A DNA stretch of 64,000 nucleotides, taken from positions 19,826,795 to 19,890,794 of the forward strand of contig NC_092670.1 in the NCBI RefSeq assembly GCF_964355755.1, in the 5' to 3' direction. The DNA comes from Antedon mediterranea (Eukaryota; Animalia; Echinodermata). The translations under genes were made by a program, and so were the position numbers. How positions within the stretch are numbered: position 1 is the first letter of the stretch; every line of letters begins with the position of its first letter. This document shows positions 13,901 to 28,400 of this stretch, one piece after another. A model generated the notes under the pieces. It had not been told where the DNA came from, ran no database searches, and was given only the letters and a program-made list of their open reading frames with translations.

Positions 13901-14996
13901 TAATTTTTCTGTGATCTTTCCTAAAGTTCTTTTTTTTTGTTTTAAAACTTCCCATCCTTGATGTTTCTAAAGTTCCCCTCTTTAATGGTTCCAAATTTGC
14001 ATTGTGATATCACCATCTTTAAGTTTTACACAATTTTTGTTTTTGAAATTTATAAAGTTATTTTCGTGTTTTCAAAATTCTTTCATATTGTTTTCAAATT
14101 CTGATTTTTTGGTTTCCAAATTCATCTTTGATGTTCCTTACATTCGCCATTCCTATGTTTGCTGGCGTGATTGTTGATCTTAAATATTTTGAGGTTTACA
14201 ACGTGAACATGAACTTCAATTTGAAAATATGTTTTTAAAGTTATTAATTGTCTGATAAACTTCCTGACGATTGGCAGTTAAACCACGAACCTCTAATTTA
14301 TAGGTCCATGGTTAAACTATGACCCGGATTTAAGCTAGGCCCTGGGTAACGAATCTGCTAAGAAATTTCGTAAATTACTCAATTGACGTCGAAAGGAGTT
14401 TCTTCACCACATTTTTGCCAAATAAGCAATTCCAATCAGTGTGGGTGGGACACCACAATAGTAATTAATGAAATTATGTAAGTTATACATTAAAAACGAA
14501 ATGTATTAAATAATATCCTACGCCAACAAAAAAAAGGCTGACCATATTCCGTCAGTAGTGAGAAGGCGAACATCTACATTCTTGATTAATATTTATGTTT
14601 ATGCAAAGTCGTGTTGCTTGAAAAAAAAGATATACCGGATATATAAAAAAAATCAGATACCCTATAGCCTTGAACGTGTTGAAAGATGACAACACGTTGT
14701 TGATAAATGGAAAGCAAACACGACGTTGAGTCGTTATCAATAATCTCTCACTTTAATTTTACGTAAAAGATTGCAAGTCTGGGTAACGCTCGTCAGCATT
14801 AACTACACCGTAATTATATCTTTATTATTTAATTACATAATGCCGTCAGCAACACCTAAGTGGTATGCAAGAGCGCGTTTGTCTTGCGCGACAAACCCCA
14901 CTAAAGTAATAATTAAGCATGTGATATTATTGTCTCGTGGAATGCATTAACCTGGTTATGATCAATATGTTATTAGACAGTTATATTATAGTGTTA

Positions 14997-15151
14997 CACT
15001 GTCTACACTATCAAACAAGTTTGACAAAAAAAGTGTGATGTGCCCGAATATGGTAGTGATATGCTCCAATATGGTAGTGATGGCATCATCATGTCGATAT
15101 ATAGGCACATCACATTCTTTTGTCACAAAGTTTGAAAATGTAGACAGGGCT
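14997..15151. mobile_element. PIF/Harbinger-type MITE, family A
   Basis: CTGTCTACACTATCAAAC...TGTAGACAGGGCT ends, TTA flanks and the family core. Confidence 0.8.
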
Positions 15152-16427
15152 TTACATTGCTACACAGTCTAAGTCAATTTAGATGCACATGCTTGAATTC
15201 TTCATATCTGAAGTTTTGTATGCTAAAAGGAACCTTTATACTTGAAAGTATGTTGTTGCACAGAGAACAGTGAAACACATTAAAACCAGTATGTAGGTGT
15301 ACAGTACAACCCAATTAACACCTTGTGACCCAACAAAGTGTTAGGAGGGGTGTCCCAGAATAGAGGTTGCCTGTAGTGTATATTTCCCCTTGTTTGTTTC
15401 ATGGGGAAAGTGTCCTCTTAATATGCTAATTAACAAAGATAGTGTAGTAGAAGTGTTTGATGATAGAGATTTTAAAGGAGGCAGAAAAGAGGCACTGACT
15501 GAAGCCCACTCCTTTCTTGTTGGCCCTATGCACCCTTTTCTGAAACCCTGTATCTATTTCCTAATATCTGACACCAGGCTTGTTTTATGAATAATGATTT
15601 TTCAACAATGTATTAATAGATGTATTAGTAGTTAATCACACTCTTCTAATGAAAATTAGATACAACAAATATAGTATTGTTTAAAACTTTAATTGCAATA
15701 AATAAAACATGGAGTAATTAAATGTGGAGAACGTGCATGGTATACATTATAAACACAATCAACAAATTGTCTCGTTTTCTTCCGGACTCTGTCATTGAAG
15801 ACATATGGAAATATTAACATCACTTCTAAATTCACAAAGAATAAACAGATTCAATAATAAAACTGAACAAATATCTTTTTGGAAAAACAGTAATAAATGT
15901 TAAAGTTTTATTTAAAAGAGAAAATGAAATGATATAATTATAAAGATAATTTAGAAGCCTCAATGGGGACCTTGTACATACAATATCAATATACTATATA
16001 ATAATAAAAAAATATAAATAGCAAAAAGGTTTGCAATACAACATCCATTTATTAAAAACAAATGACTATATGATCTATTTTTCTCCTGGTGGAATTGGTA
16101 ACCTGGAGTCCCCATTGACACTTCTAAAGTATCTTTTTAATTATATCATTAAGTGGATTTGTAATTCAATATTGAATGGGTCTCGTTAATGGAGATACCG
16201 AATTGTGTTTATCTACTAAGGGTGGCAGGTTATACTTACGAGAAAACTATTATTACATATTTTTTTGTCCATCATTGTTTGACATCATGGTTCTAACATT
16301 CATTTCATGCATGGTCAAAACTCTCCATCCAAATAAAACCATCAAATATTTTTTAGCTCTTATCAATTGAATAAAAGACCATTCTCATTACCCTATCAGT
16401 ACCGGTTCTCCAGAGTTCATTCAAAGA

Positions 16428-19400
16428 TCATTGCAAGCAGTTTGCAGCTTCCTTTTCATCAGCGATACTGCATGATAAAACTCGAATGGTGACCTCTTGA
16501 CCTGAGTCACGCATCACTGGGCTTATCTGAAATAAGTCAACCAATATAATCAATAAAATTATTCAATAACTTTGGTCATCAATATAGCAATCAATCAATT
16601 AGCATATTTATCAATTATATAAAAATGTCTTGTTATTAGGCTTGGGTAGTGGCACTATTCTGAGAATGAGAATCTTGGTGCTAAGGGCAAAGCCAGGATT
16701 TGAATTAGTAAGCCACTTGATTGGTCCCACCCTCAGAGTAGCTTGGTTACCACTAGGAAAAACACGAGGACATTCATGCAATGCATAATTTCACCAACCA
16801 CAAGTTCAGATGATCCCTCAGTTGTTAATTGGTCAAATTACTTGCACGCATACGTCCTTGCGTTGTGTCCTTGTTTAGCCGCAACCAAGCTTAAAGAAGC
16901 AACTACTAAGCCATTTATTAAATTTAGTACACCTCCAGTGCAAAATAATAAAAAATTAATACATTTTTAAAACTAAATCTAAATGCAATGAAATTAACAC
17001 TCTTCATATAGAGGGTTTATAACGCTTGGCTATAAAAGTAAATTATAGCTATCGTGCTCCATAAATTAATAATTTACACCATAAATACAAATCTTCATCA
17101 ATATTACAATAGAGAAATTTAAGATTGATCTTGGCTTTAGAAAGTAGAAAGTTATCACCTTATAAAAGTGTAAAAACTTGAACAAATGCAATTCATGTAA
17201 TTTTATCGACACACAATTTTACATATGGGAATAACCAAGAAAACATAAAATCATCAAATATGTAATAATAAACATCAAGTGAATAAAAACACACTATAGT
17301 CCATTAGTGGTGAGTGGGATCAGTATAACCTTATAACCTAAGATATCAATGTTTTAAATGGATTTTTGGCAGGATTTGCCTTGACCAGACCAAGTCCCAA
17401 TCTTATCTGATCTTTTCTACCGGCTCTACAAACCTTGACATAAAACTTGCACATTTCTAATAAATATTTCCATTTCTTCTCGGTTTTCTGTCGGTCATTC
17501 ATCATAGTAAAGTCAGTCGCCTGATGAAAAAAATATAGTAGAGTGGATTAACTGCCCTAATGTGGTAGAAAGACCACTCAGTTCAACTGTCACAATTGCA
17601 CAATTCTACCACAGTAATACTAGGTCTCATGGGTGATAAGAAAATGATGGAACTTCATACCATTCTATCTCTTGGTTCAATAATCACTATTGCAGCTCAA
17701 ACTAAGCTATACTGGGATTGGGTGCAGGTGAACAACAGGCTTAACTGCTGTAACATCAATAGGGGCTCACAAATTGAACCAGAACACAAAGGTAACCCCT
17801 ACTCATCACAAAAGATGCTGTGGGTTCTTCAAATAAATGTGCACTATAAGTACACTGGACCCCCATTTTTAAGTTGTGATCCGAAGACTTCTATGAACAT
17901 GTGTTGATTCGATTAACTTCTTGCCAATTCAACTCATAACTATACAAATTCTGCTGTTTCAGTAGTAAATGGTAAAAAGCTTCCTACTTTCTAGGATTTT
18001 TATCAGATAATCTACATTGTTTTGACAAATCTTGTAACATGACTATAAACTATGACCACAGTGCTGGTTTTGCCATTTCTCCCCTAACTGGTTTATAGTT
18101 TTTGGTGGAACATTTTAATGGCAACTTACTGTGCATTCCAACAGTCGCTCACATACACTGCCTCCCATCCGACAGTTAGTGACCGAACCAGTATGGTCTG
18201 AGATTGTAACGCTCATGTCAAATGTAGGAACTGGCAGTTCATTTGCGGTTTCCATGTTGCATTCACTATTGTTACAAAATCCAGTCTCAAGATTCACACG
18301 CCTTTTACACGATGCGCTGTAACAAAGTGTAAGATAAGTATGTACTTGATCATGTGAACAAGAGAAACTCTAATTGTTTAGATAATTACAAAAGGTATTA
18401 TAAAATCAGTTTTGTAGAGACTATAGTTTCTTACAAAACAAAGTCTAGTATTCATAATTTGTGAATTAGGAATTTCAGTTTATTATTGAGTGGATTTAGC
18501 CTGTTCACTGTTGCATGTATATGAGTTGACGTCAATTGCAATATTCATAATATTTCTCTCGTTAACATCGGAATAAAGATTGAAATGTGCAATTAATCTT
18601 ACCGGTTACCTAATGAGCAAGATGGGTTTTTGGGAATTGTATGCCGCACAGTCAACTACATAATTATCACAGTTTAACACTAGATCATTTCTCCAATGAA
18701 ACATTATTATTATAAATCTTCTAGATTTTAACTAATTTAGTAGGTAGGATTACAAACATGTGGAACATTTTGCATTACTCAAAATTTGGGATGAGCTAAA
18801 AAAACATAATTTAAATACAGTATATGTTTTTTAGTTTTTCATAGTTGGTTGACCATAATTCCCTTTACAAAAGTTTACTCTCTAATAGATGTCTGTGTAG
18901 GTGTTCAAAATGAGGGTTTTTATTCTGTATGAATAATAAATAGAATATGTATCAAAATGGAAAAAAATGATTTAAATGAAACCTTACCAGCGTTGAGACA
19001 CAACATTATTCAAAGGGCCATCAATGTTGAAGTTTGTGAACGCAGCAAACACAATACAATGTACAACAGTTTGTTGTCCAGGGTACATTTTCATTTCTTC
19101 ACATTTAAGGATAAGATTTAAAGCTGTGTACACATCTTGAACAGAAGACACTAAGAAGACAAAAAACAAATTGTTTTCATCCTTAATCTTGGCTCCCAAT
19201 AGGACGCAAGGCAAGGTCGTAGTCGCAACGCAAGCGAGTTGACCGATGACAAGCAACAGTTTGAATAATCCATTGCTTGTGATTGGTCAAATCACTTACG
19301 TTGCGCTTATGTCCTTGTGTTGCGTTATAGTGGGAACCAAGCTTTAAGCTCTGTCTACACTATCAAACTAGTTTGACAAAAACAATATGGTAGTGATAAT

Positions 19401-22400
19401 TACATCATCATGTCCATACACTGTATGGGCACATCACATTACACATAATATAGTCTTGATAGTGTAGACAGGGCTTTATACAAAAAACTTCATCAATGAT
19501 TTAAATTCCAGTTTGCAAAATAACCTATGGAAATACCTTTTCCATTTTTAATAAAGTAGTAGATGATGAAGTCTATTCGATAAAATAAAAGTACTGGTTT
19601 GATTAATGAAGGCTCAGTTTTTCACTTAAGTACATCTTATTTTGGTGAAATGTAGTCAGTGGTCACGTGGTAGATTCAGGATTTTGAAATAGATGGGACA
19701 AGGCCTAAAAAATGGTATAATGATTTCCTATCTTTTACATTATAAATTTATTTAAATGAGGGGTCCTGGGCCAGCTTTTTCCACCCCACCATCCCTTTGA
19801 TCCGCTTATGGTAGTGGGTATCCATTTTACCAAATGTGATAAACTTGGAGTATGGCTTATTCTCCATTCAGTACAGTAGTTTCTGTTAATTCAAACTTTA
19901 AACAATAATACATTTAACTGTGTTGATCCTGTAATGGAAGTATCAAATTAAACTCTTCACCATAACGCTCTACATCCCCAGAGAAAACAGACAGATGGTT
20001 TATTGTTTTCAATGTAAAATAAAAAATAACAATAAAAGAATCAATGACAATTAGAAACTATCAAATATTATCACAAAGTAATATTAGTATGTATCTATTA
20101 CAAAGTGAAATTACATTATATATTAATTACAAAGTGACAATACATTATATATTTATTCCTAAGTGACATTACTTATTTATGATCATAACTGTCCTTGTAA
20201 ATTTAACACAATAATTTGAAAATTGATTTATATAATCATAAATAAATTTTATTGACAGTTTCCATTAGCTTTATATCATTCTAAATAATAATTTTAATTG
20301 TCCATTGAGAATGAAAAAAAAAAGATGTTTTTGGTGAAAATGAACAAATTTAATTTATTGTGGTTAAAGAAAGACTTATTTATACTTGACTAGGCTTATT
20401 ATCTACATACTGTACATGTGGATGTAAGCACATGCTTTATATTTTTGTATTCTGTGCTTATACCCGTTTCACACACACACACACAACAATTTTTTTTAAA
20501 TGTAACAAAATAGATAAATATTGTAATAATCTACTACCCTGATACAATTGTGTGAAAGCATTTTCGTGATGGTGAAAAGTTGGTAATCTTAACAGGCCTT
20601 GTTAGATTACATTTAAAACCTTGGTATCAGCGGATATGATTGTAACAACTGTTGAGGCCAATTTACACAGACGAGCAGTAACAGTAATAAAAATATAGAA
20701 TCTATGTTCTAATTATGTACATTAACATACAATGTGGATGGGGGTTTTTTGATTAGGATACTAGATACATATTCTATGTGGAACAGGCTACCCGGTTTTC
20801 CGCTTAACGTTACCATTCGTCTGTGTAAATTAGCCTTTACAGTGTTACACTTTTGTTGTACGTGTGAATCGGGGTATTAGTAAACTACATGGAATCTTAT
20901 AATAATAAAGCTCATACACCAGGGTGGGCCTTTATTATCTAGGGTGGTTGTATACTTCAGGATGGGCTTACATTCAAATCAATTAAGCATGGTCAGTTTC
21001 TATTCAATCTATACTGTAATAGCATTTTAACAATTTTTTTAGTAGATCATGTCCTGCAAGATAATGTTAAGAAACACCATCAACAAAAAAGTATATAGTA
21101 AGTTGATATTAGATGTTACCTGAAAATATGTTGTTTGTTTATTACTACTAGACGACCTTGTGTTATATAACACATCAGTAAAAGGTATAAAAATATATTA
21201 TTTAAATTTGATATTACCTTTTCATAGCCGAAGTTAATTTATTTATGATACTGAAATGAAAATCACTCAATGCTTAAGCTGTAAATGTACATGAGCATTA
21301 AGTAAACGTGGTTTAGCAGAGCAATACCTTAATAAAGTAATTTTACTTTGGCGTGATATTTTATTGGGTGATTTACCGATGACGGTTATTTTCCGATAGT
21401 GTGAAAATGCCCGGGACAATGTGTTAAAAAACATGTTGTAGTTATGTATGTGTATGTTTTTATCATTGATGTGTTGAAGGAGATGTATATTTATTATCCG
21501 ATAGATTTGTCATAAAGCACAGATTTGCTTGTCACGTTTATTGTCACTTACAAGATCTAGGTGTCGGTTTAGACACCGCATGTCTAATGTCAAGTTCGTG
21601 CTGTATCTCTCTTAGGATGCTAGTGTGAAATTTGTAGATTACTTTTTGGAATAAATTCTCACTGAGACTCGTAACAATCCAATTATTGTTACATAGAGGA
21701 AGGTATTAGAGGGAATGTTTGGGAGGAAGAAATGAATGTACTTGCTGCAGTAATTCAATATACTTGCTGCAGTATTGAATATATGTATAATTTGCACTAC
21801 TTTATTTCAATTGCGGCATTAACTCAATATAACAAACTGTGTTGCAACAGGTAGGTATAAAAATTAAATAATAAAACTATTAAATAACAAACAATAACAA
21901 CATTCACAACTGAATGAATTGTGTGAGTCAAGTACAGTATTGTTCTAATTATGGTTGTTGTTATATTTATGTTTTTTCTCAATTAATGTGTTGCATTTTT
22001 TTGTTCTTTTTTGTTGTTGATTGTTCAGCGCTTAGAGGTGCCCTGCATTTTGGGCTATATTAAATTGAACTTCATTGTTAATAGGCCTATGGTTCCCTCA
22101 TTGGCAGACAACTAAACATTTGGTTTATAAAGTTTAGTTGATAACCTAAATGAAACTTACAATCAAAGTCTTGATTGGGCAAGTTATCAGAGCCAAATAG
22201 AACATCATCTGAACACCCCTTGCCATAACGGTACAGTGAGTGTGCCTCTGGACTATCTAGAAATTATAAAAAAAACATGTATTTGTTAATTTTTTATTTA
22301 CTTTTCAACTAAACACACATAATCTAGCATAATTATGAAGATATTGACTTAAGCAAGTGAAACTTAGTATGTCTTAATTAGCCTAAAAATGATATACAGT

Positions 22401-25400
22401 ACTATGCATTTTTCTAAACATTTTCTACTGCTATTCATTGGTTAATTTGTTGTTCTACTACTACACTACTTTCATTATGAATTTCACTTTGAAATACCGT
22501 ATTTATTCAAATAAAACCTGCCCTGGTAAGGTGTTGTTTATACAGTACAAACACTCTAGCTAAACCTTCATGAAATATTGATGGATTGCTGAGGATAATT
22601 TTAATACATTTCATAACGTATCTAGACGTTAAATCCTGCCTTATTAGTGTAAAATCCACAAGATTATCCTGGTATAGATTATCAAAGAAATGACGGCTAC
22701 GCTTCAGCACGTTTGAAAATAACCACACCGTTTGGCTTCGTTGATCATGATTTATTTAATAAAATTAAAATATTTCTTGATTGATCTTTCAATGAAGTAA
22801 TTGCATTTTGATGTGGCGTAGACTAAAAATGCAGATGTAAATACAATTTACTTTAATATCTTTTTAAAATCTAAAACTGTGTAAAAAAACAATTCTTGAA
22901 CATATTACATTTATTATTATATTATTATTATTACATATCATTGAATAAAAATGTCATTTTATATTATATTCTGTGATACAAATTCAATAGTATATAGATA
23001 ACCTGCTATTGATTCTAGATGGAGATGTTTTACGTACTCAGACAAACTAATTTCTTCAATGAACAAACATATACGAGATTAAAAAAAAAAAATAATAAAA
23101 TATAATTGAAGATTACAGAAGAAGAATGAGAACATTTGATAAGGGAAAAAACGAAAGTTGTTAACCAAATTTTGGGCAGATGAAAATAGAAATAAAAAAA
23201 AACGGTACATCTAAGTGAACACAGCACAGAAAATTTGTAGATAAAATATTCATAAAATTCTTTATTCATCAATTTTAAATTGCACAAAGAGATTCCCTAT
23301 ATTGTCATAATGAACTATACTGCCCATTTACTGCTAAGACAAAACTAGGTCTGGTCTATGCATTTGCGTTCATCAAACGACAGCCGTAAACTGATCAGGT
23401 TCATCAACAATTTTTATTGTATATTGTAGTTATAGGTTCAGAGAATTCAAGTGAGGAGATATGATGCAAAGACGGCTAAATCTTTATAATCACCAATATC
23501 TCAAGTTATTTGTGAGGTTTGCGATCCTCAACGATCTATAATAAAATGCTGAATATATTTTAAAGTTGTTTTATATTATTCTTGTTAGCTCTTAGTGTTT
23601 TCTTACAGAAATTGTATACAATAACAAAAACGATGGATCGTTTTTATAAAACTATAATTGGGAATTGTCATCAGTTTTCAGGATGTATCGCTTGTAAATT
23701 GGGGGAAACTACATACAATTTTCAAAGCAAAGAATCAAGAGAAAATTATTCAACATTTTTTTTTTTGTGAATGGTGGAGACAAAAGATACCATTTTATGA
23801 ATTATTACTAAATCTGCAGTTTACATATAAATTATAAATCAAAGGTCTTGTGGGAATAAAGATGTAATTGTTTACGTGTCGATATAATGGATACAACATG
23901 GATTCGCTTCCAGAAAGTCTTAAATATTAATTAATTTTTACATTTATGCGTTTTGCAGATTTTTTTATAGTTCAATGAAAAATAGGTAGAGCGGAAGGGG
24001 ATGCAATTAGAAATTGTTAATGAAATTTTGTTGCCAAAAATTATATTATACCATGTGTTCCCTTGATTAAAAAGCTGATTTGTTGAAGAGGTACACGCAG
24101 ACTCATGAATAGGTAATGATAAGCGACCTATGCTCAGTCAAGCATGAGCTACAGTCCTGTAAGCTACAGCAGTTCAATCAAAGCAGTCAACCAAAACTCA
24201 TTTGGCCATATTCGAGATGCTAAAACAATATTTTTAGCAGCCAAAGATTATAAAATTGTTTATGCAATCTATCATATACTGTAGCAAGGACGACTAAGGC
24301 TAGCAAGGACGACTAAGGCTAACTATGACAACTAATCTATGAGAAAAAACTCTATTAAATTTAATATGACACCCGTGATCAGATTAGGACTCCAAAAGTC
24401 CATGGGTGGCAAAATTATTTTCACATATACCGTATATCCTCGGGTATAATCCCACTTCTGGTCTAATCACACCGTACTTGATGTATGATTTCACAAACAG
24501 GCATATCCCCAGGTATAGTCCCAGTATTGACTTTTGTCTGGATGTAGGCCTCTTTATAACCAGTTCCGATGAGATTTTACAAGAAATGCTCATCAATCAT
24601 TTTTTTTCCTAAACCAGGGTTTCTCAGGGTATAGTCCTAATTTCTAAAGTCGGCATAATTTCATGTTCTAGGGGGATGGGATTATATGTTGCAAATTGAT
24701 ACCTTCACTTATTGGTGGTTTCTTGTCACATTGTATTATTAGGTGATCATTTAGAATAAAATGATCACCTATTGTTATTGTATGAAATCTTTATTATTTT
24801 TTTTCTTTCTGTAAACTTTTTGTGTAACAAATATCTCAAAAAGTTGAATAACAATGATCACAAAAATTTCACAATGTCTTTCAAATACTTTAACTTAGCC
24901 ATAATAAGCTTTTCAGCGTGATCACTGACCCGTGACGTCACGTATACGCCATTTTGTGAAATCACATTATCAATCATATATCCTTAATTCATTATCACAT
25001 ATTTATGAAATTCACTACACGTAAACTTTAGGTCAAGGGTAAAAATATTAGCAAATAAAAACGCGCGCGCACGTAGGGTCATGCGCATGAAATCGCGCAT
25101 TAAAAATTTAAAAAGCTCAAAATTACGTTTTAATCAATTTAGAGCATGAATTAGGCCATTTGCGTGTTTCAAAAAATTACTGCGCAAAAAAATTATTTTG
25201 CGCGCGCGATACTTACAAAGTGTAAAAATTGCAATTTTTTATACAAATCGCATTCTACTAACCATCCTTAGTACATTCACCAAATTTGAGTCAGTTCCGA
25301 CTTAAAATAACGGTATACGAGCAGGTTAAAAATATCAAAATGCGCAAATTAATTGCATCAAAGTGATGAAAATGGTGAAAAATAAGGCCTTTTTAAAATG

Positions 25401-28400
25401 AATATAACTCTTCAGAATGGCAGGTGACCCCCAATTTTTTTAAATTATTCGGGAAGCCATTGGGTTGTAGATACATATTCATGTACACATTAGACGTACA
25501 AAATGGTATGACGTCATCAAATGGCCACTTCAATTTAAAAATTAGTAATTTTTATCTTTTTGTATGGGTTTTCACATTCAATAGAGCGCATCTCCGTTAT
25601 TTTAGCTCGATTTTTGGAGAAGTTTTAGTATGTGCTTGCTCAATTAATTATCATTCTCAGGAGTTGTCAATATTTTTATTTTGATGACATCATCACGCGT
25701 AAAAACTTGAATAACGTAGGTCGTGTAATTTCAGCTACACCTTACATTTGAATATATTATAGCTCTTCAGAATTAAAGATGACCTTGAAGATTATAACTT
25801 ATTATGAAAGCTGATGAAATGTAGATATGAATTAATATAAAAATTAAGCCTATCGGATGTTGTAATGTTATCATATGGCCAGTTGAAGTTAAAACGTTGT
25901 TTTTAAATTTCTTTAGTCGAAGTTATACAAATTTCAAAGAGCGCGCATTGCGCTTCTACGTGTCAAATTCTCTTCCAATCCTTATATTTATTTGCTCAAT
26001 TCATTATCTTTCGAAATTGTCATCTTCGAGTTTATTTTGAAAATTCCATCATACCAAAAAATTAGAACACGATATGAGTCCCGTAATTTCACCTATGCTA
26101 CACTGTATATAGATATACAGTATATACTGTACATATTGTATGACACCTAATAGGTAGAACTCAGCCCTATAGTGTATATGCATCATGTCATAGGATGGCG
26201 TAAATCAACTTTTAACGATCGTATGTTAACGTACATGCATGTTTAAAAAATGTTAATTTATTAAAATGATAAAAATGATCACCTATAATTCGTCAAAGTG
26301 ACGAATTAAATTCTAGTTTACTTTACTTTTCTATTGGAGAATTTTAAAATAGATGCAACCTGCAACTAATTTCTTACTTTAGTAAATGTTAGATTGCACT
26401 CATCTAACATATAAAAGAAAACTTACCAGGATTTGAGATGATGATAGTTTTGCTGTCGACAGTGGCCGTCATACACATTCTAAAGCTATCAAACTTGATA
26501 AGAACATCAGCAAAAAACAAAACTATAAAACAAAGAAACCATTAACTCGTAAACTAATCATTGTGGACAAACGAATGTCGGGTGGCACCTCGTGGCAGCT
26601 GTACGGTACAAAGGAGAAGAAAGTAATTGTTGCATGTGTCTTTCACACCTGTGCGGAATTCAATTTTGTTCCCTCCTGTAAGTGGTGAACCATGAGCTCA
26701 CTGTTGGTTGGGAAATGAATAAATAAAAATAAATAAATAAATTTAGGCTGCAACACATTACAATAGACCTTTAAATAAAGACAAATCACAAAAGGTATAC
26801 TGTAAATACCTGTATCCTTCGGAATCCAGAAATATGTTTGTTCAATAGCAGACATGTCCCACCTAAAATGAATAAATGAATGAAAAGAAATTACTACAGG
26901 CAATTAACACAGATTAAATAAATTATTTCATACCTGAAACATTTAAAGGTTGAAATTTTAAATTAAAAAAAAATTCTTTTCTAGAAAAAATCTTGTGGAA
27001 ATGAGAAAAAAAGTTATTAGTTTAGGAAGATAACTCTGAACTACTAGATTTTTCTTTTAAAAATAAAACATTTTTTTGGGGTTTTTTAGCTAAATTTTTA
27101 ACGACATAAGTGTAATCTTACTAAAAAGTAAAATTAAGCCAAAATCTACTAAACGAGGGCGCCATAGAAAATGCTTGAAATTTCTGAAAATATCAACCCG
27201 ACCATGGAGTTGCTCAAATTTTGGGTAAGTCTGTTTTGGGCAACTTAATTTTTTTAGACTTTATAAACTCAATATTCAAATCTTGAGAATTTTAGAAGCT
27301 AATTTGTACTTTGACTATAATGTTCATTCAAGTGTGACAATTATGGGTAATGCGTTTAATTTAATGGTGACTGTGAGGTTGATTTATTAAGCCATGTGGG
27401 ATATATCGATAAAAACAATGTTGCAATCTGCCCGACAGCAAGATGTACTTACATTGCAAAGTGTCATTCATATTTTAATAAATAGGACAGCTTTGGAAGA
27501 CTATGGAGAAGTTTTCTATTATATATTTTACTTTTCATTTTTTCTAAACTTAAAGACCTTTGACTCTATCCAAAATACCTGGTTTCCCACCAAAAAAGTC
27601 TGGGTTTTCTGGATGAGATTTTGGGTTATTGTTGACTTCTATGAGAGCTGATTTAAATACCCAACCAGTGAAATTTAGCAGGAAAATTTATTTCAAGCTT
27701 GTCTATGATGATACAAACTTACTAACCCAAAGATATGATAAACTAGAAAGCCACTCCAAGAGTGCATACCTCCGCCCTACTGTAAAATTCTCCTACATAA
27801 GATTTCTCCGGTAAAAAAAAAATATATATATATATATTTGTGTTGGTCTTAATGCTGTTTGTGATTTAGGCTAATTTCACTACAAGCATGTGTATGCGAG
27901 TTTGGGGTAATGGTTATCTTCAGTTGACTAACAATAGAACAGCAACGCGAAAATCAAACGAGTAAATTTGAAAAGAAATTGGTTTTTTAAACTACTCGTA
28001 TCAAAAAACGTGCATATCAAATCAAATTATGTTTTAAAATTACAAATCACAAATTATAACTCTTGCCTCTTGTACAAAAATTAAGTTTTTTGGACAAGCA
28101 GTTCTCGAGAAAATGCAATTTTAGTTTATATTACTTGTTACTTTAAGACTGCTTGCCGGCTTTTGAAAAATTTTGTCTTATCTTTTAACACTAGCAGGTC
28201 TGATAATAATTCTAAAAAGTGGTCCAGAATTGGGACCATGGTCCCAAAATTTAATGGAATGGTCCTTGACCACATATCTATCATTTATCTATATTCATTT
28301 TGGTAAAGATCTTGTAATTACTTTTTGAGTAATCCTGCTAACAAAGAAACAAACAGAGAAACAAACACACGCTACCGATTACATATACTTCCTTGACGGA

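Noticed and set aside
21147-21175. Helitron 3' end (CTAG plus TGTGTTA/TAACACA hairpin)
   Set aside because: Plausible, but no matching 5' end could be located, so the element could not be delimited.
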